Shown piece by piece: positions 61,985 through 64,000 of a stretch of DNA of 64,000 nucleotides. A model generated the notes under the pieces. It had not been told where the DNA came from. It did no database searches and saw only the letters and a program-made list of their open reading frames with translations. The DNA comes from Candidatus Fraserbacteria bacterium. GTDB lineage: Bacteria; Bipolaricaulota; Bipolaricaulia; RBG-16-55-9; DRXL01. Both the position numbers and the translations under genes were made by a program. The DNA is taken from NCBI GenBank assembly GCA_947085185.1, contig CAMTVK010000003.1, forward strand, positions 96,001 through 160,000, written 5' to 3'. Within the stretch, counting starts at the first letter, position 1; each line of letters opens with the position of its first letter.

Positions 61985-62629
61985 GTGAGGATCGGCGCGA
62001 TTGCTCTTGTTCTCTTGATGAACACCATGCTCTTGATGAGCTGCGGAGGGCCAAGGTCCCAACGGCACGCAGAAAGCCCCAAAACCCCGACTCCCCCTTC
62101 TGCCCCCCCCACCGTGCACCCCAGCCCACCGCCGCCGTCTCCGCCCTCTGGAAGCACAAGCATCAACCCCGTGGCCATCGTCGAGACGAGCATGGGCACG
62201 TTCAAGATCGAGCTCTTCCAAGATAAAGCCCCAAAGACCGTGCAGAACTTTATAGAGTTAGTCCAGCGCGGCTTTTACAAAGAAATGATCTTTCACCGGG
62301 TCGTCGCTGGATTTGTAATTCAGACGGGCGATCCCACGGGGACCGGCCGGGGCGGCTCGGAGAAGAGAATCAAGTTAGAGATTCATCCCGATCTCAAGCA
62401 CGACAGCGCGGGGATCGTCGGCATGGCCCGAGCCCAAGACCCCGATAGCGCCACAAGCCAGTTCTATGTCACCCTGGGCCCTGCCCCTCATCTCGACGGC
62501 AAGTACGCGATCTTCGGCAGGGTGATCGAGGGGCTGGATGTCGTCATGGCCATCGGACAGGTCGAAGTCGGCCCCGGTGACCGCCCCGTCGTCCCCGTCG
62601 CACTGAAGAGGATCTCCATGCGACAGTAA
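61985..62629 (+). CDS. Cyclophilin-type PPIase, lipoprotein with Pro-rich linker
   Basis: LMSC lipobox; [37 protein letters not shown]. Confidence 0.92.
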   Translation: MRIGAIALVLLMNTMLLMSCGGPRSQRHAESPKTPTPPSAPPTVHPSPPPPSPPSGSTSINPVAIVETSMGTFKIELFQDKAPKTVQNFIELVQRGFYKEMIFHRVVAGFVIQTGDPTGTGRGGSEKRIKLEIHPDLKHDSAGIVGMARAQDPDSATSQFYVTLGPAPHLDGKYAIFGRVIEGLDVVMAIGQVEVGPGDRPVVPVALKRISMRQ

Positions 62630-62641
62630 TCTCAAAGCGAG

Positions 62642-63790
62642 GTGCCTATGGACTTCTCCCTCACGCCCGACCAAGAGCTCTTTCGCAAGTCGGCCCGAGA
62701 GTTCGCGCTCAAAGAGTTGGAGCCCATCGCGACGGAATTAGATCGGGAGCATCGCGTTCCTATCGAAATACTGAAGAAGCTCGGTGAGCTGGGCTATCTG
62801 GGCATGACCGTCCCGGAGAAGTACGGGGGCATCGGCGCGGATATGCTGAGCTATGTGCTCGTGATGGAAGAGCTCTCGCGCTCGTGTGCTTCGACCTCGA
62901 CGGCGTTCAGTGTGCAGAATTCCCTCTGTAATGCGCTGTTAGTCGAATTTGGCAGCGAAGCGCAAAAGCACAAATATCTGCCTGATCTGGCCGCGGGCAA
63001 GAGATTTGGGGCGTTCGCGCTCACCGAGCCCGAAGCGGGTTCCGACGCCGCGGGCCTGAGGACGACCGCCGTCGCCACGGGGGATTCTTTTATTCTCAAC
63101 GGCACCAAGCGCTTTATTACGAGCGCCGGATTCGCTGATATATTTTTAGTCTTCGCGCTCACCGACCCGGCCGCGGGCAACCGGGGCGTCAGCTGCTTCA
63201 TCGTCGAGCGCGGCACCTCGGGCTTTACCGTGGGCAAAGAAGAAGAGAAGCTCGGCATCCGCGGCACAAGCACGTGCGAGCTCTTCTTTGAAGATTGCCG
63301 TATCCCCAAAGAGAACTTAGTTGGCGAACTCAATCGTGGCTTCAAGGTCGCCATGGTCACGCTCGATTCGGGGAGGATCGCGATCGCTGCGCAAGCCGTA
63401 GGCATCGCCCAAGCGGCCCTCGATGAAGCCATAAAATATTCGAAAGAGCGCAAAGCTTTTGGAAAGTCTCTCAGCGAGTTCCAGGCGATCCAGTTCAAGC
63501 TCGCCGATATGAAAGCCAAAGTCGAGGCTGCAAGGCTGCTGACGTACAAAGCCGCCTGGAAGAAAGATCACAAGCTCGACTATATTATGGACTCTTCGAT
63601 CGCTAAGCTCTACGCCGCGGAGATCGCCAGCGAGGTCGCCGATCAAGCCCTGCAGATTCACGGCGGCTACGGCTACATCCGAGACTACAAAGTCGAACGA
63701 CTCTACAGAGATGCGCGCATCACGCGCATTTATGAGGGCACCAGCGAAATCCAGAAGCTCATCATTGCCAGAGAGCTCGTCAAAGATTAA
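62642..63790 (+). CDS. Acyl-CoA dehydrogenase (short-chain/butyryl-CoA type)
   Basis: FALTEPEAGSD, NGTKRFIT, QIHGGYGY, RDARITRIYEGTSEIQ. Confidence 0.95.
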   Translation: MPMDFSLTPDQELFRKSAREFALKELEPIATELDREHRVPIEILKKLGELGYLGMTVPEKYGGIGADMLSYVLVMEELSRSCASTSTAFSVQNSLCNALLVEFGSEAQKHKYLPDLAAGKRFGAFALTEPEAGSDAAGLRTTAVATGDSFILNGTKRFITSAGFADIFLVFALTDPAAGNRGVSCFIVERGTSGFTVGKEEEKLGIRGTSTCELFFEDCRIPKENLVGELNRGFKVAMVTLDSGRIAIAAQAVGIAQAALDEAIKYSKERKAFGKSLSEFQAIQFKLADMKAKVEAARLLTYKAAWKKDHKLDYIMDSSIAKLYAAEIASEVADQALQIHGGYGYIRDYKVERLYRDARITRIYEGTSEIQKLIIARELVKD

Positions 63791-63830
63791 AAAAAAAAGC
63801 AGCCCGATCTTCCCAGAGAGATCGGGCTGC
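63789..63830 (-). terminator. Intrinsic terminator (poly-U on the minus strand; possibly bidirectional)
   Basis: 12-bp stem GCAGCCCGATCT/AGATCGGGCTGC preceded by an A-run. Confidence 0.85.
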
Positions 63831-63837
63831 GCTTGCG

Positions 63838-64000
63838 TCACTCGACCTTGATCTCGATGGGCTTCTCTTTTTGTTTGAGCGACTCCCGCAGCGGGACCGT
63901 CACCTTCAAGATGCCGTCCTCGAAGCTGGCCTTGATCTTCTTGGGATCGTCGGCCTGCTCGGGGAGCGGGAAGACCCTCTGGAACTTCCCGTAGTGACGG
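63838..64000 (-). CDS. Hsp20/alpha-crystallin small heat-shock protein (C-terminal part)
   Basis: Manual translation RHYGKFQRVFPLP...KIKASFEDGILKVTVP...IEIKVE*. Confidence 0.88.
   Translation of the reverse strand, partial: RHYGKFQRVFPLPEQADDPKKIKASFEDGILKVTVPLRESLKQKEKPIEIKVE

Overview
A bacterial chromosomal window of moderately high GC. Most of it is housekeeping: gatA, tRNA-Leu(CAG), tRNA-Gly(CCC), pgk, glmS, ftsH, dxr, ribE/ribBA/ribH, tldD/pmbA, lnt, ligA, phoH, archaeal/Thermus-type proS, uvrB, infA, nth and acyl-CoA enzymes. Gene content and style suggest a deep-branching lineage such as Bipolaricaulota/Acetothermia, but this is an impression and was not verified. The standout is a nine-gene minus-strand operon (19583-27197). 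In it, a split Rieske/cytochrome b6/subunit IV complex brackets a six-gene Rnf/Na+-NQR-like ion-pumping module whose subunits mix Rnf and Nqr features. Subunit IV is fused to a [2Fe-2S] ferredoxin, and the NqrF/RnfB-position protein is a flavin-less [2Fe-2S]+[4Fe-4S] chimera. The operon is flanked by a tetraheme cytochrome c, an IscR-like/Mrp/SufT Fe-S maturation operon and riboflavin genes. Other accessory features are a ~2.4 kb phage-like mini-island (HU, iteron-like repeats, REP-like palindromes; 9185-11634), an orphan HicB apparently fused to a HicA tail inside an ABC operon, an ECF sigma / carbohydrate-binding anti-sigma / large subtilase operon, a bacterial Clp1-type kinase, apparent ATA start codons (including infA) and several probably leaderless genes. 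All family assignments come from motif recognition by eye; no searches were run.
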